Shown here: positions 48,999 through 57,585 of the stretch, piece after piece
How the letters are laid out: each line of letters begins with the position of its first letter
Numbering within the stretch: position 1 is the first letter of the stretch
NCBI GenBank assembly: GCA_958448165.1
Contig: CAUDCW010000004.1
Coordinates: 63,130-127,129 of the forward strand
DNA from: an uncultured Oscillospiraceae bacterium
GTDB taxonomy: Bacteria; Bacillota; Clostridia; Oscillospirales; Acutalibacteraceae
Reading direction: 5' to 3'
Length of the DNA: 64,000 nt
The notes under the pieces: model-generated
The model's database searches: none
Told to the model about the DNA's origin: nothing
The model's input: only the letters and a program-made list of their open reading frames with translations
Position numbers and translations under genes: made by a program

Positions 48999-50666
48999 AT
49001 GCTAACAGATATCGAAATAGCCCAGCAGACAAAGCTCAGACCTATTAAGGAGATTGCAGATTCAATAGGAATAAAAGAGGAGGAGCTTGAGCCTTACGGA
49101 AGATATAAGGCAAAGCTCAACGAAAGCCTTTTTGAGCGTGTAAAGGACAACAAGGATGGCAAGCTGATTCTTGTAACAGCTATCAATCCCACTCCGGCAG
49201 GCGAGGGCAAAACAACAACCTCGGCAGGACTCGGACAGGCTATGGCTAAGATAGGCAAGAATGCGATTATTGCTCTGCGTGAGCCGTCGCTCGGACCGGT
49301 TTTCGGTATCAAGGGCGGTGCAGCAGGCGGCGGATATGCACAGGTGCTCCCGATGGAGGACATCAACCTGCACTTCACGGGCGATATGCACGCCATCACC
49401 TCGGCAAATAACCTGCTTTGTGCAATGCTGGACAACCATCTTCAGCAGGGCAATTCACTCAGAATTGACCAGCGCAGAATTCTTATAAAAAGATGCCTCG
49501 ATATGAACGACCGTGCGCTTCGCAACATTGTTGTCGGTCTTGGCGGCAAAATCAACGGCGTTCCCAGGGAGGACGGATTTATTATAACGGTAGCCAGTGA
49601 GGTTATGGCGATTCTCTGTCTTGCAAGCGATATTAAGGACTTGAAAGAAAGACTCGGCAGAATTCTTGTCGCATATAATCTTGACGGTGAGCCGGTTTAC
49701 GCAAGGGATTTAAACGCACAGGGCTCAATGGCGGCACTGCTTAAAGACGCAATTATGCCGAACCTCGTTCAGACTATCGAGGGCACTCCTGCGATTATGC
49801 ACGGCGGACCGTTTGCAAATATTGCACACGGCTGTAACTCGGTAAGAGCGACTAAGCTTGCCCTGAAGCTTGCCGATTACTGCATCACAGAGGCAGGCTT
49901 CGGCTCGGACCTCGGCGCAGAAAAGTTCCTCGACATCAAGTGCCGCTACGCAGGACTTAACCCGAGCGCAATTGTAATTGTCGCAACCTGCCGTGCGCTT
50001 AAATACAACGGCGGCGTTCCAAAGGCGAATGTCGGCGAGGAAAATTTAGACGCTCTTAAAGCGGGTATCTGCAACTTGGGCGTTCATATTGAGAATATGA
50101 AGAGCTTCGGCGTGCCCGTTGTTGTAGCTATCAATAAGTTCCCGACCGATTCAGATGCAGAGCTTGCATATATTGAGAAGTACTGCAACGAAAACGGTGC
50201 CGACTTTGCCTTGTCAGAGGTATTCTCAAAGGGCGGCGAAGGCGGCAAAGAGCTTGCACAGAAGGTTGTTGAAGCCTGCGAAAAGCCGAATGACTTCCAC
50301 TTCTGCTATGATAGCAGCCTTACGATCAAAGAAAAGCTGGGTGCGATTGCAACTAAAATCTATCACGCAAACAATGTTGTGTTTACCGCACAGGCTGAAA
50401 AGGCTCTAAAGGAGATTGAGAAGCTCGGCGGCAACTCACTGCCTGTCTGCGTTGCAAAAACTCAGTACAGCCTGTCTGACGACCCGACTCTGCTCGGCGC
50501 ACCAAAGGACTTTACAATCACCGTTCGTGATCTCACGCTTTCAAACGGCGCAGGCTTTGTTGTAGCATTAACAGGCAGCATTATGACAATGCCGGGACTT
50601 CCGAAGCTTCCTGCCGCCGAGAGAATAGACGTTGACGACAACGGAGTTATTTCGGGATTATTCTAA
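48999..50666 (+). CDS. fhs: Formate--tetrahydrofolate ligase
   Basis: [20 protein letters not shown] and [11 protein letters not shown] motifs; 555 aa. Confidence 0.9.
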   Translation: MLTDIEIAQQTKLRPIKEIADSIGIKEEELEPYGRYKAKLNESLFERVKDNKDGKLILVTAINPTPAGEGKTTTSAGLGQAMAKIGKNAIIALREPSLGPVFGIKGGAAGGGYAQVLPMEDINLHFTGDMHAITSANNLLCAMLDNHLQQGNSLRIDQRRILIKRCLDMNDRALRNIVVGLGGKINGVPREDGFIITVASEVMAILCLASDIKDLKERLGRILVAYNLDGEPVYARDLNAQGSMAALLKDAIMPNLVQTIEGTPAIMHGGPFANIAHGCNSVRATKLALKLADYCITEAGFGSDLGAEKFLDIKCRYAGLNPSAIVIVATCRALKYNGGVPKANVGEENLDALKAGICNLGVHIENMKSFGVPVVVAINKFPTDSDAELAYIEKYCNENGADFALSEVFSKGGEGGKELAQKVVEACEKPNDFHFCYDSSLTIKEKLGAIATKIYHANNVVFTAQAEKALKEIEKLGGNSLPVCVAKTQYSLSDDPTLLGAPKDFTITVRDLTLSNGAGFVVALTGSIMTMPGLPKLPAAERIDVDDNGVISGLF

Positions 50667-50681
50667 AACAGAGATGATAAT

Positions 50682-51125
50682 TTGATGATAAAATATTATT
50701 CCGATTCGCCCGAAGCGACCGAGCAGCTCGGACAGCGGATAGCCAAAACATTAAAGGGCAATGAAGTAATAGCTATGTTCGGCGGACTCGGTATGGGCAA
50801 AACAGCTATAACAAGAGGAATTGCCGCAGGGCTTGGAGCGCAGGACTGTGTTTCAAGCCCGACCTTTGCGCTCGTCAATGAGTATGAGGGCAGATGTAAA
50901 ATCTATCATTTTGATATGTACCGCATAAACGGCATTGACGATTTGTATGCAATCGGCTTTTTTGATTATCTTGACACAGGCGTGCTGATAATCGAGTGGA
51001 GCGAAAATATAGCTGATGCTCTGCCCGATGACAGTATAATAGTCAGGTTTGAACGCGGCGAAGACGAGAACAGCCGTGTGATTACGGTAGAGGGGGAGAG
51101 GTTTGATGAAAATTTTAGCGTTTGA
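50682..51125 (+). CDS. tsaE: tRNA threonylcarbamoyladenosine biosynthesis ATPase TsaE
   Basis: GGLGMGKT P-loop in a ~150-aa protein; precedes tsaB. Confidence 0.85.
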   Translation: MMIKYYSDSPEATEQLGQRIAKTLKGNEVIAMFGGLGMGKTAITRGIAAGLGAQDCVSSPTFALVNEYEGRCKIYHFDMYRINGIDDLYAIGFFDYLDTGVLIIEWSENIADALPDDSIIVRFERGEDENSRVITVEGERFDENFSV

Positions 51126-51816
51126 TTCATCTGCGGTTTCCGCCTCGGTAGCCTTGGTTGAGGACGGCAAGCTGCTTGCAGAATCATTTCTAAATGTCGG
51201 TCTTACCCACAGTGCAACGCTGATGCCGATGACACAGCAGCTATTGCAGGCGTCGAACTGCAAGCTTGAAGATGTTGATGCCCTCGCTGTGTCGGCAGGT
51301 CCCGGCTCTTTTACGGGGCTTCGCATTGCGGTAAGCTGTGTAAAGGGCATTGCGGCGGCGCTCAATAAAAAGTGCGTTGCAGTATCAACGCTTGAGGCTA
51401 TGGCTTGTAACCTGCCGCCGATTGGCGAATTTACAATCTGCGCCGTTATGGACGCCCGTTGCAAGCAGTTTTACAATGCGCTTTTCAAGGTGCAAAACGG
51501 CGAGATTACAAGACTGTGTGACGACAGGGCAATAATGGTTGACAAGCTTGGCGAGGAGCTTAAAAATATAAGCGGAGACATAGTTCTTGTCGGCGACGGA
51601 TCACCTCTTGCCTTCAGTATGCTTGCCGATAACAATAACGTCAAATTGCCGCCCGATAACCTGCGCTTTCAGAAAGCGTCGTCGGTTGCGGCGGCTGCAA
51701 TAAAGAAGTATAATAATAACGAAACAGTCAGCGCAGCGGCATTGATGCCGTCATATCTGCGCCTGTCTCAGGCGGAGCGAGAGCTGATTGCCAAAAACAA
51801 GGGGGAGAAAAAATGA
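51103..51816 (+). CDS. tsaB: tRNA threonylcarbamoyladenosine biosynthesis protein TsaB
   Basis: MKILAFDSSAVSASVALVEDGKLL YeaZ-type N-terminus. Confidence 0.85.
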   Translation: MMKILAFDSSAVSASVALVEDGKLLAESFLNVGLTHSATLMPMTQQLLQASNCKLEDVDALAVSAGPGSFTGLRIAVSCVKGIAAALNKKCVAVSTLEAMACNLPPIGEFTICAVMDARCKQFYNALFKVQNGEITRLCDDRAIMVDKLGEELKNISGDIVLVGDGSPLAFSMLADNNNVKLPPDNLRFQKASSVAAAAIKKYNNNETVSAAALMPSYLRLSQAERELIAKNKGEKK

Positions 51817-52253
51817 TAGCACTTGGATGCGATCACGGTGGATTTGCCATTAAGGAAGCAATAAAAAAGTATCTTGATGAAAGCGGAATTGAGTACAACG
51901 ATTTCGGTTGCTACAGCGAGGAATCTGTTGATTATCCGGTTTATGCAAAAAAGGTTGCCGACGCAGTAGCAAGCGGCGAATGTGAAAAGGGTGTTCTTTG
52001 CTGCGGTACGGGTATCGGAATTTCGATTGCCGCAAACAAGGTCAAGGGTATCAGAGCCGCCGTTGTCACAAACGAGTTCTGTGCAGAGATGACGCGCCGC
52101 CACAATGATGCTAACATAATTGCAATGGGAGGCAGAGTTATATCCGAGGAGCAGGCGGTTAAGTTCACAAGAATATTCCTCGAAACCCCGTTTGACGGCG
52201 ACCGCCATGTCAAGAGAGTTCAGATGATAACAGATATCGAAAACGAGAATTAA
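51813..52253 (+). CDS. rpiB: Ribose-5-phosphate isomerase B
   Basis: MIALGCDHGGFAIKE...GVLCCGTGIGISIAANK RpiB/LacAB signature. Confidence 0.9.
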   Translation: MIALGCDHGGFAIKEAIKKYLDESGIEYNDFGCYSEESVDYPVYAKKVADAVASGECEKGVLCCGTGIGISIAANKVKGIRAAVVTNEFCAEMTRRHNDANIIAMGGRVISEEQAVKFTRIFLETPFDGDRHVKRVQMITDIENEN

Positions 52254-52455
52254 AAATTTGAAATTGCGAAGGAAATTTGAAATTGCGCCGACTCATAGCC
52301 ATAGTGGGTCGGCGCTTGATTTCTCTTAATCAATTTATCTTTGTATTTTGAAATTTTGATTATCTTGATTTCTTGTTATGATTATCTTGATTTCTGGACT
52401 TGCTTTTTTCTCAAATTTGTTGTATAATAGCCGATGTTATATTCAATTGATATAT

Positions 52456-52540
52456 GCGGGCGTGGCGGAATTGGCAGACGCGCTAGATTTAGGTTCTAGT
52501 GTCAACCGATGTGCAGGTTCAAGTCCTGTCGCCCGCACCA
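52456..52540 (+). tRNA. tRNA-Leu(TAG), class II with long variable arm, CCA encoded
   Basis: GCGGGCG acceptor paired with CGCCCGC-ACCA; D-arm GGCGGAATTGGCAGACGC; anticodon loop TTTAGGT (anticodon TAG); long variable arm; T-arm GGTTCAAGTCC. Own promoter (TGTATAAT at ~52414-52422). Confidence 0.85.
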
Positions 52541-52544
52541 AATA

Positions 52545-52599
52545 AGAACGAAAGTTATGATACCATTGGTATTGCAACTTTCGTTCTTTTTCTTTTTTC
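52545..52599 (+). terminator. Rho-independent terminator after tRNA-Leu
   Basis: AAGAACGAAAGTT...AACTTTCGTTCTT hairpin followed by TTTTCTTTTTT. Confidence 0.75.
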
Positions 52600-53006
52600 A
52601 AAAATGCCTGTAACACAAGGCTTTTTGGCTGTGGGGCATAAAAGATAAGTTTCAGTGTGGGAAATTTTCTCCGCTCTATGATCCTTGCAAAACTGAAAAA
52701 AAGACGGAATTATGAACCCGAATACCAAAATGAAACTTTTCTCAAAATAGATTAGTTTCATTGTATAGAAAAGTTTCACTGTCAAAAAGAATACACAAAG
52801 ACAACAGAATAACCTTCCGATTCAAGAACGGAAGGGACATCGAGGTTGGGGTTGAATAAACCCCGCCTTTTTTGTTTGGGTGGAAAAATTCATATTTATG
52901 TGATATAATCTGTTCGATAAATAAGAATTTGTCTAACTGATAGCAACAGCGAGTTGCTTGTAAACTTGAACATCCTGCATTACAATTATAGTGAGGTGAT
53001 GATTCT

Positions 53007-53771
53007 ATGGAAACAAAGGATATTATAGTAGAGTTGAGAACTAAAAACGGGCTTTCACAAGAAGCTCTTGCAGAAAAAATATTCGTAACAAGACAGGCGG
53101 TTTCTCGTTGGGAAACCGGAGAAACGGTGCCAAATACTGAAACACTAAAATTGTTATCAAAACTGTTTGATGTATCTATCAATACGCTTCTCGGTTCTCC
53201 AAGACAGCTTATCTGCCAATGCTGCGGTATGCCTTTGGAAGATTCTAATATCAGCAAGGAAACCGATGGTTTCTTTAATGAAGAATATTGCAAATGGTGC
53301 TATGCAGACGGAGAATATATGTATCATAATATTGATGACCTGATTGATGTTTGTGTAAAGCATATGGCAAATGAGGAACATCCGGAGGAAGAAGTTCGTT
53401 CTTATTTACAGGAAACTCTACCGAAATTAGATTATTGGAAGAGATACAAAGAGCTTGGCGGTGATGGAGCTTTTGAAGAATTCAAAAAACTCTTGATTAC
53501 GGAAATCAATGAATTGAACATTGAAGGAATGCCAAAGCTTCAAAAGCTTAATGCCTTAGTTGGCGGATATGTCAATCTTGAATACAGACTTCCAAACGGA
53601 AAAAGTGTGAAGTTTTTAGATGACGGAGTAACCTATTTAGGGAATCAGTTGGAATGCGAATTCGGAGAAAACAGATGTTTTGGCATTGTCTGCAATATGG
53701 ATTTTATTCTTATTGCAACCTATGAAGAAAATGGCGAAAATCCAGAGTTGGTTATTTATAAAAAGAGATAG
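53007..53771 (+). CDS. XRE-family HTH regulator fused to a Cys-rich (zinc-ribbon-like) domain and C-terminal domain of unknown function
   Basis: LRTKNGLSQEALAEKIFVTRQAVSRWETGE HTH_3 motif; CQCCGMPLED...CKWCYADGEY. Confidence 0.7.
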   Translation: METKDIIVELRTKNGLSQEALAEKIFVTRQAVSRWETGETVPNTETLKLLSKLFDVSINTLLGSPRQLICQCCGMPLEDSNISKETDGFFNEEYCKWCYADGEYMYHNIDDLIDVCVKHMANEEHPEEEVRSYLQETLPKLDYWKRYKELGGDGAFEEFKKLLITEINELNIEGMPKLQKLNALVGGYVNLEYRLPNGKSVKFLDDGVTYLGNQLECEFGENRCFGIVCNMDFILIATYEENGENPELVIYKKR

Positions 53772-54053
53772 TCAAATTCCAATTTTTCGGTCGGTTGCAT
53801 ACACTTCTTGGGTTGCATTTCAATGCAACTTTGCAACCGCTTGCAACCCGTACCAAAATATGCGTTATAATTCAAATCGAGGGTAGTTTTTACTGCCCTC
53901 GTTTTTTTTGCGTTTGCCCGGAATGGGCAGTAACTTGGTGGTGGGAGTCCACTACAGGCTTGGCAGTAGGAACTGTTAGCTGAGGGCAAGTGCGTCCATC
54001 GTGAGGTGGAGTATGAAATAAGCCTAAAGCAAACTCTCGGTCTGACGAACAGA

Positions 54054-54375
54054 AATCACATATAAGGCATATGCAGAGCGGACGAGCTTGGCTCATTTGG
54101 GTGATATTGTATTGTTCCGTTATGTTGTTCGACAATACTTTTTACAATAGCTAATCCTAAGCCGGCACCGCCGACTTTTTTAGTCATTTGCTTGTTTTCA
54201 CGGTAGAAAGGTTAAAAAATATGCGCAGAGCGTCAGGGGAGATGCCAATTCCTGTATCGGATACGATAATCAAAAGTTGGTTGTTTGCCTTTTTAGTTTT
54301 GATATGTACTTTGCCATTTTCTGTATTATATTTAATTGCATTTTGAATAAGGTTTGATACAGCGTGTTTAAGCAT
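54054..54375 (-). pseudogene. Histidine kinase C-terminal remnant (HATPase domain only, frameshifted)
   Basis: 54375-54184 encodes N/G1 boxes (NLIQNAIKYN...IIVSDTGIGISPDALRIFF) and ends in TGA; an overlapping ATG in another frame continues as MTKKVGGAGLGLAIVKSIVEQHNGTI (G2 box). No HisKA or sensor domain upstream (stop immediately 5'). Confidence 0.6.
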
Positions 54376-54489
54376 TTCATCTTCTATTTATCTGTTTTCA
54401 AATTAAAACGCTTAAATATATTGCAATTTAATCATATGTATGTTATGCTTTTATTCAGAACGAACGATTTGAATGAATGGGGTGATTAG

Positions 54490-55095
54490 GTGGCGAATTA
54501 TACAGAAGAACAATGGAATGTCAAAAAAAATAAGCTTATGGAAACGTGCTTTAACGGTTTTGCCGATTTAGGACTTCACGGCACCGGTATTCGGGTGTTG
54601 GCAAAGCATTGCGGATATAACACATCTATGATCTATACATACTTTGAAAGCCTGGATGACCTTATCATACAATCTACGGAGTACTGTATGAGTAAGGTAG
54701 AAGATGATTTTATGGCGAAAGCTCCCACAGATGTTAAGGACTTATGGCGGTTTATAGACGAGATACCCTACTGGACTGCAAAAAAACACGGAAAGAAATA
54801 CCGCCTTATGTATCAGGTCTATACACACCCGAAATACAGAGAATACGGTCAGAAATTCTTTGCGGGTGTTGATAAGCGTTACACCGAATACGCAAAAAGC
54901 TTAGAGGGTAAGCTGGGAATTCCTTATCAAAAGCTGACGCCGCTGATATTCATTCTAATCAGAGCCTGCGTGCATTACGCATTATTTGAGGACGAATTTT
55001 ACCTGAAATCACAGATTACTGTGCTGAAAGAATCTATTGAACTCTTTGTTATGAAATATAACCCGAAAGCAAGGTCGGGTGCTAATACAGAATAA
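54490..55095 (+). CDS. TetR/AcrR-family transcriptional regulator
   Basis: GTGIRVLAKHCGYNTSMIYTYFES TetR_N HTH; ~200 aa all-helical. Confidence 0.75.
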   Translation: MANYTEEQWNVKKNKLMETCFNGFADLGLHGTGIRVLAKHCGYNTSMIYTYFESLDDLIIQSTEYCMSKVEDDFMAKAPTDVKDLWRFIDEIPYWTAKKHGKKYRLMYQVYTHPKYREYGQKFFAGVDKRYTEYAKSLEGKLGIPYQKLTPLIFILIRACVHYALFEDEFYLKSQITVLKESIELFVMKYNPKARSGANTE

Positions 55096-55270
55096 GTTAA
55101 ATTCAAAAATAAGAACATAACAAATCTGCCAACAGCCTGCTTTTGCGGATAAAAACGTAACTCATTAAGTGCCCCGTCTGTTATAATTCTCCGGTGCTGA
55201 ACGCCGGAAAGATCTTTTCCACCTTCGGTTATTTTATAACTAAAAAATATTTGACCTTGGAGGTATCATT

Positions 55271-55579
55271 ATGCAGATCACAACTAATATCAGTAATCAG
55301 AATCTTATAATTTCAATAAGCGGCAGACTTGATACTATTTCCTCACCGCAGTTAGAGGAGGAGATTAACCGCAATTCTTTTGATGAAATTGAAACGGTTA
55401 CTCTTAATATGAGAGCGCTTGAGTATATATCAAGTACAGGACTCAGGGTTATTTTAATGCTTTATAAGAAACTGACAAGTGTCGGAGTTAAGCTCAGGCT
55501 TGTTAATGTAAATGATATGGTTATGGAAATATTCACTATGACAGGAATGGATAGTTTTCTTGAGATAGATTATGCATAA
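55271..55579 (+). CDS. STAS-domain anti-sigma-factor antagonist (SpoIIAA/RsbV-like)
   Basis: 102 aa; LEYISSTGLRVILMLYKK, with the conserved phosphorylatable Ser/Thr in the ISSTGL context. Confidence 0.8.
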   Translation: MQITTNISNQNLIISISGRLDTISSPQLEEEINRNSFDEIETVTLNMRALEYISSTGLRVILMLYKKLTSVGVKLRLVNVNDMVMEIFTMTGMDSFLEIDYA

Positions 55580-57362
55580 TATTTTTAATGAGAGTGATGT
55601 TATGAGTGAAACAGCGTTAAAACGTAATTCTGTCACAATAAACAGGAAGTATTCGGAATATTTTTTGCCTACTGTTCTTACGGCTATGGCTACAAATATT
55701 GCAATGATTGTCGATTCAATAATAGCCGGCAATATTCTCGGCAAGAATGCTTTGGCTGCAATAAACCTATTATCTCCTGTTGCTCAGCTTTATTTTTCGC
55801 TGACAATTTTGTTCGGACTCGGAGCTTCAAGTGTTATAGCCGTTGCAAAAGGAAAGAATGACAGAACGCTTGTAAACCGCATTTTTACGACAACATTTAT
55901 TGCAGTTGTGTTATTATGTATCGTGCTGATGGCAATACAGCTTCCGCTTGCAGGCGGAATATGCTCTTTGTTTACTAAGGATAAGGTTTTGAATCCGCTT
56001 CTATATCAGTATTACATACCGTATATAATCGGAACACCTCTTAATCTGATGCTGCTGTGTTCAACTTATTTTATCAGAACTGATAACAGACCGAGATTTG
56101 CTTCAAATATAATAATTGTGGCAAACATAATAAATCTGATTATGGATTATGTGTATATGGGCGTTTTCGATATGGGTATTGCAGGCTCGTCAATAGCCAC
56201 TGTTACCGGCTACGCTGTAGGATTTATTATGATGATTACACATTTCACTTCAAAAAAGAGCACGCTGCATTTTGACTTTTCAATTCTGAAAGCCCCAAAG
56301 AAATTTTTTGAAATATTCTCTGATCTGATTACGGTCGGCTTATCCGGTGCGCTGGGAACGCTTCTTATAACGGTCAAAATGCTGTTCCTTAACTGGATTA
56401 TCATGAGTACAGGCGGAAGGGACGCAATGGCTTCGTATTCAATATGCTCATCAAGTCAGATTTTTATGTCTATGTTCATAACAGGTGCGTCGCAGACAAT
56501 GATACCGATTGTCGGTGTTTGTTTGGGCGAAAAGGATTTTGATGGAATACGGTATGCATTCAGACGGGCATTTACAATTCTTGCCGTAGTAAGCGTTGTA
56601 ACTATGCTGTTTATTTTGGCTGCGCCCGAACCTGTAATAAGACTGTTTGGAATAACTGCTGAAAACGATATTTCAAATGCAGTTCCCACACTCAGGATAA
56701 ACGCTCTGTCGTTTCCTGCGCTTGCTTTTTCTTTTCTGTTTCTGTATTACTATATGGCAACTCAGAGAAAGACAATATCAACAACCATTGCAGTTCTTAA
56801 CGGAATTGTAATACTCATTCCATCGGCACTTATTTTGTCAAAGCTTTTCGGAATAACAGGTGTGTGGATTTCACTTGTGGCGGCTCAGGTCGGCACGTTG
56901 ATTGTATTATCTTTTATAATTCTCGTTATTAAAAGAAAATCAAAAGGTAAGTATGATAGCTTTTATCTTATTGAATCCAATGATAATAATGAGATTGTTT
57001 CATTGTCTTTCAAAGGCTCAAAGGAAAACGCCTCCGGTGTTTCTTTATATTTAACATCGTTTCTTACATGTCACGGTATTGAAAAAAACATTGCTAACAG
57101 GATAGCTGTAGCTGTTGAAGGAATTTCGGCAGATATCGCAGAGCGTACCGGTGAGAAGAAAAAAGCGGATATTGATATTCGTATTATGATTGACGGCGGT
57201 GACACAATAATTTCTATTCGTGATAACGGAGAGGCGTATGATATTGTTTCAAATGACAGTGTAGATAAAACACTTTCGGAAATTGAGGTAGTAAAAGCTA
57301 TTTCAAAAAGAGTTGAATATTCAAATGTACTGGGCTTTAACAGATTGGTAATTAGAATTTAA
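55572..57362 (+). CDS. MATE-family efflux transporter (12 TM) fused to a C-terminal anti-sigma-factor-kinase-like HATPase (GHKL) domain
   Basis: N-terminal ~455 aa hydrophobic with a MATE-like duplication. C-terminal ~140 aa NIANRIAVAVEGISADIAERTG...DIDIRIMIDGGDTIISIRDNGEAYD...NVLGFNRLVIRI resembles SpoIIAB/RsbW-type HATPase_c_2. Start overlaps the STAS gene stop. Confidence 0.7.
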   Translation: MHNIFNESDVMSETALKRNSVTINRKYSEYFLPTVLTAMATNIAMIVDSIIAGNILGKNALAAINLLSPVAQLYFSLTILFGLGASSVIAVAKGKNDRTLVNRIFTTTFIAVVLLCIVLMAIQLPLAGGICSLFTKDKVLNPLLYQYYIPYIIGTPLNLMLLCSTYFIRTDNRPRFASNIIIVANIINLIMDYVYMGVFDMGIAGSSIATVTGYAVGFIMMITHFTSKKSTLHFDFSILKAPKKFFEIFSDLITVGLSGALGTLLITVKMLFLNWIIMSTGGRDAMASYSICSSSQIFMSMFITGASQTMIPIVGVCLGEKDFDGIRYAFRRAFTILAVVSVVTMLFILAAPEPVIRLFGITAENDISNAVPTLRINALSFPALAFSFLFLYYYMATQRKTISTTIAVLNGIVILIPSALILSKLFGITGVWISLVAAQVGTLIVLSFIILVIKRKSKGKYDSFYLIESNDNNEIVSLSFKGSKENASGVSLYLTSFLTCHGIEKNIANRIAVAVEGISADIAERTGEKKKADIDIRIMIDGGDTIISIRDNGEAYDIVSNDSVDKTLSEIEVVKAISKRVEYSNVLGFNRLVIRI

Positions 57363-57382
57363 AGCAGAAGAATACGTTTAAG

Positions 57383-57561
57383 CTAAGGAAACACTGAATA
57401 AATCACGCTGAAAGCTGTTTGCACATCTTGCTTGCATATTTTCCGTCAGCCTGACCAAAAAATCCTCGTAATGCGACAGCATTACTGCGGTTTATTTGTC
57501 CAACCTGACGAAAAAATTGACGGCGCAATATGCACAAACGATTTAATCAGTGTTTCCTTAA
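57383..57561. repeat. TIR-bounded ~180-bp element, copy 3 of 3 (inverted relative to copies 1 and 2)
   Basis: Reverse complement matches 952-1130 and 48722-48901 at ~90%; ends 25 bp upstream of the NRPS start codon. Confidence 0.8.
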
Positions 57562-57585
57562 AAATAATTCTTAGGGGTGAATGGA

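Noticed and set aside
52541-54400. Looked for integrase, excisionase, phage genes or a direct repeat of the tRNA-Leu 3' end that would delimit an integrative element
   Set aside because: None are present inside the window. The island call therefore rests only on tRNA adjacency, composition and gene decay, and is reported as a finding rather than as a mobile_element feature.
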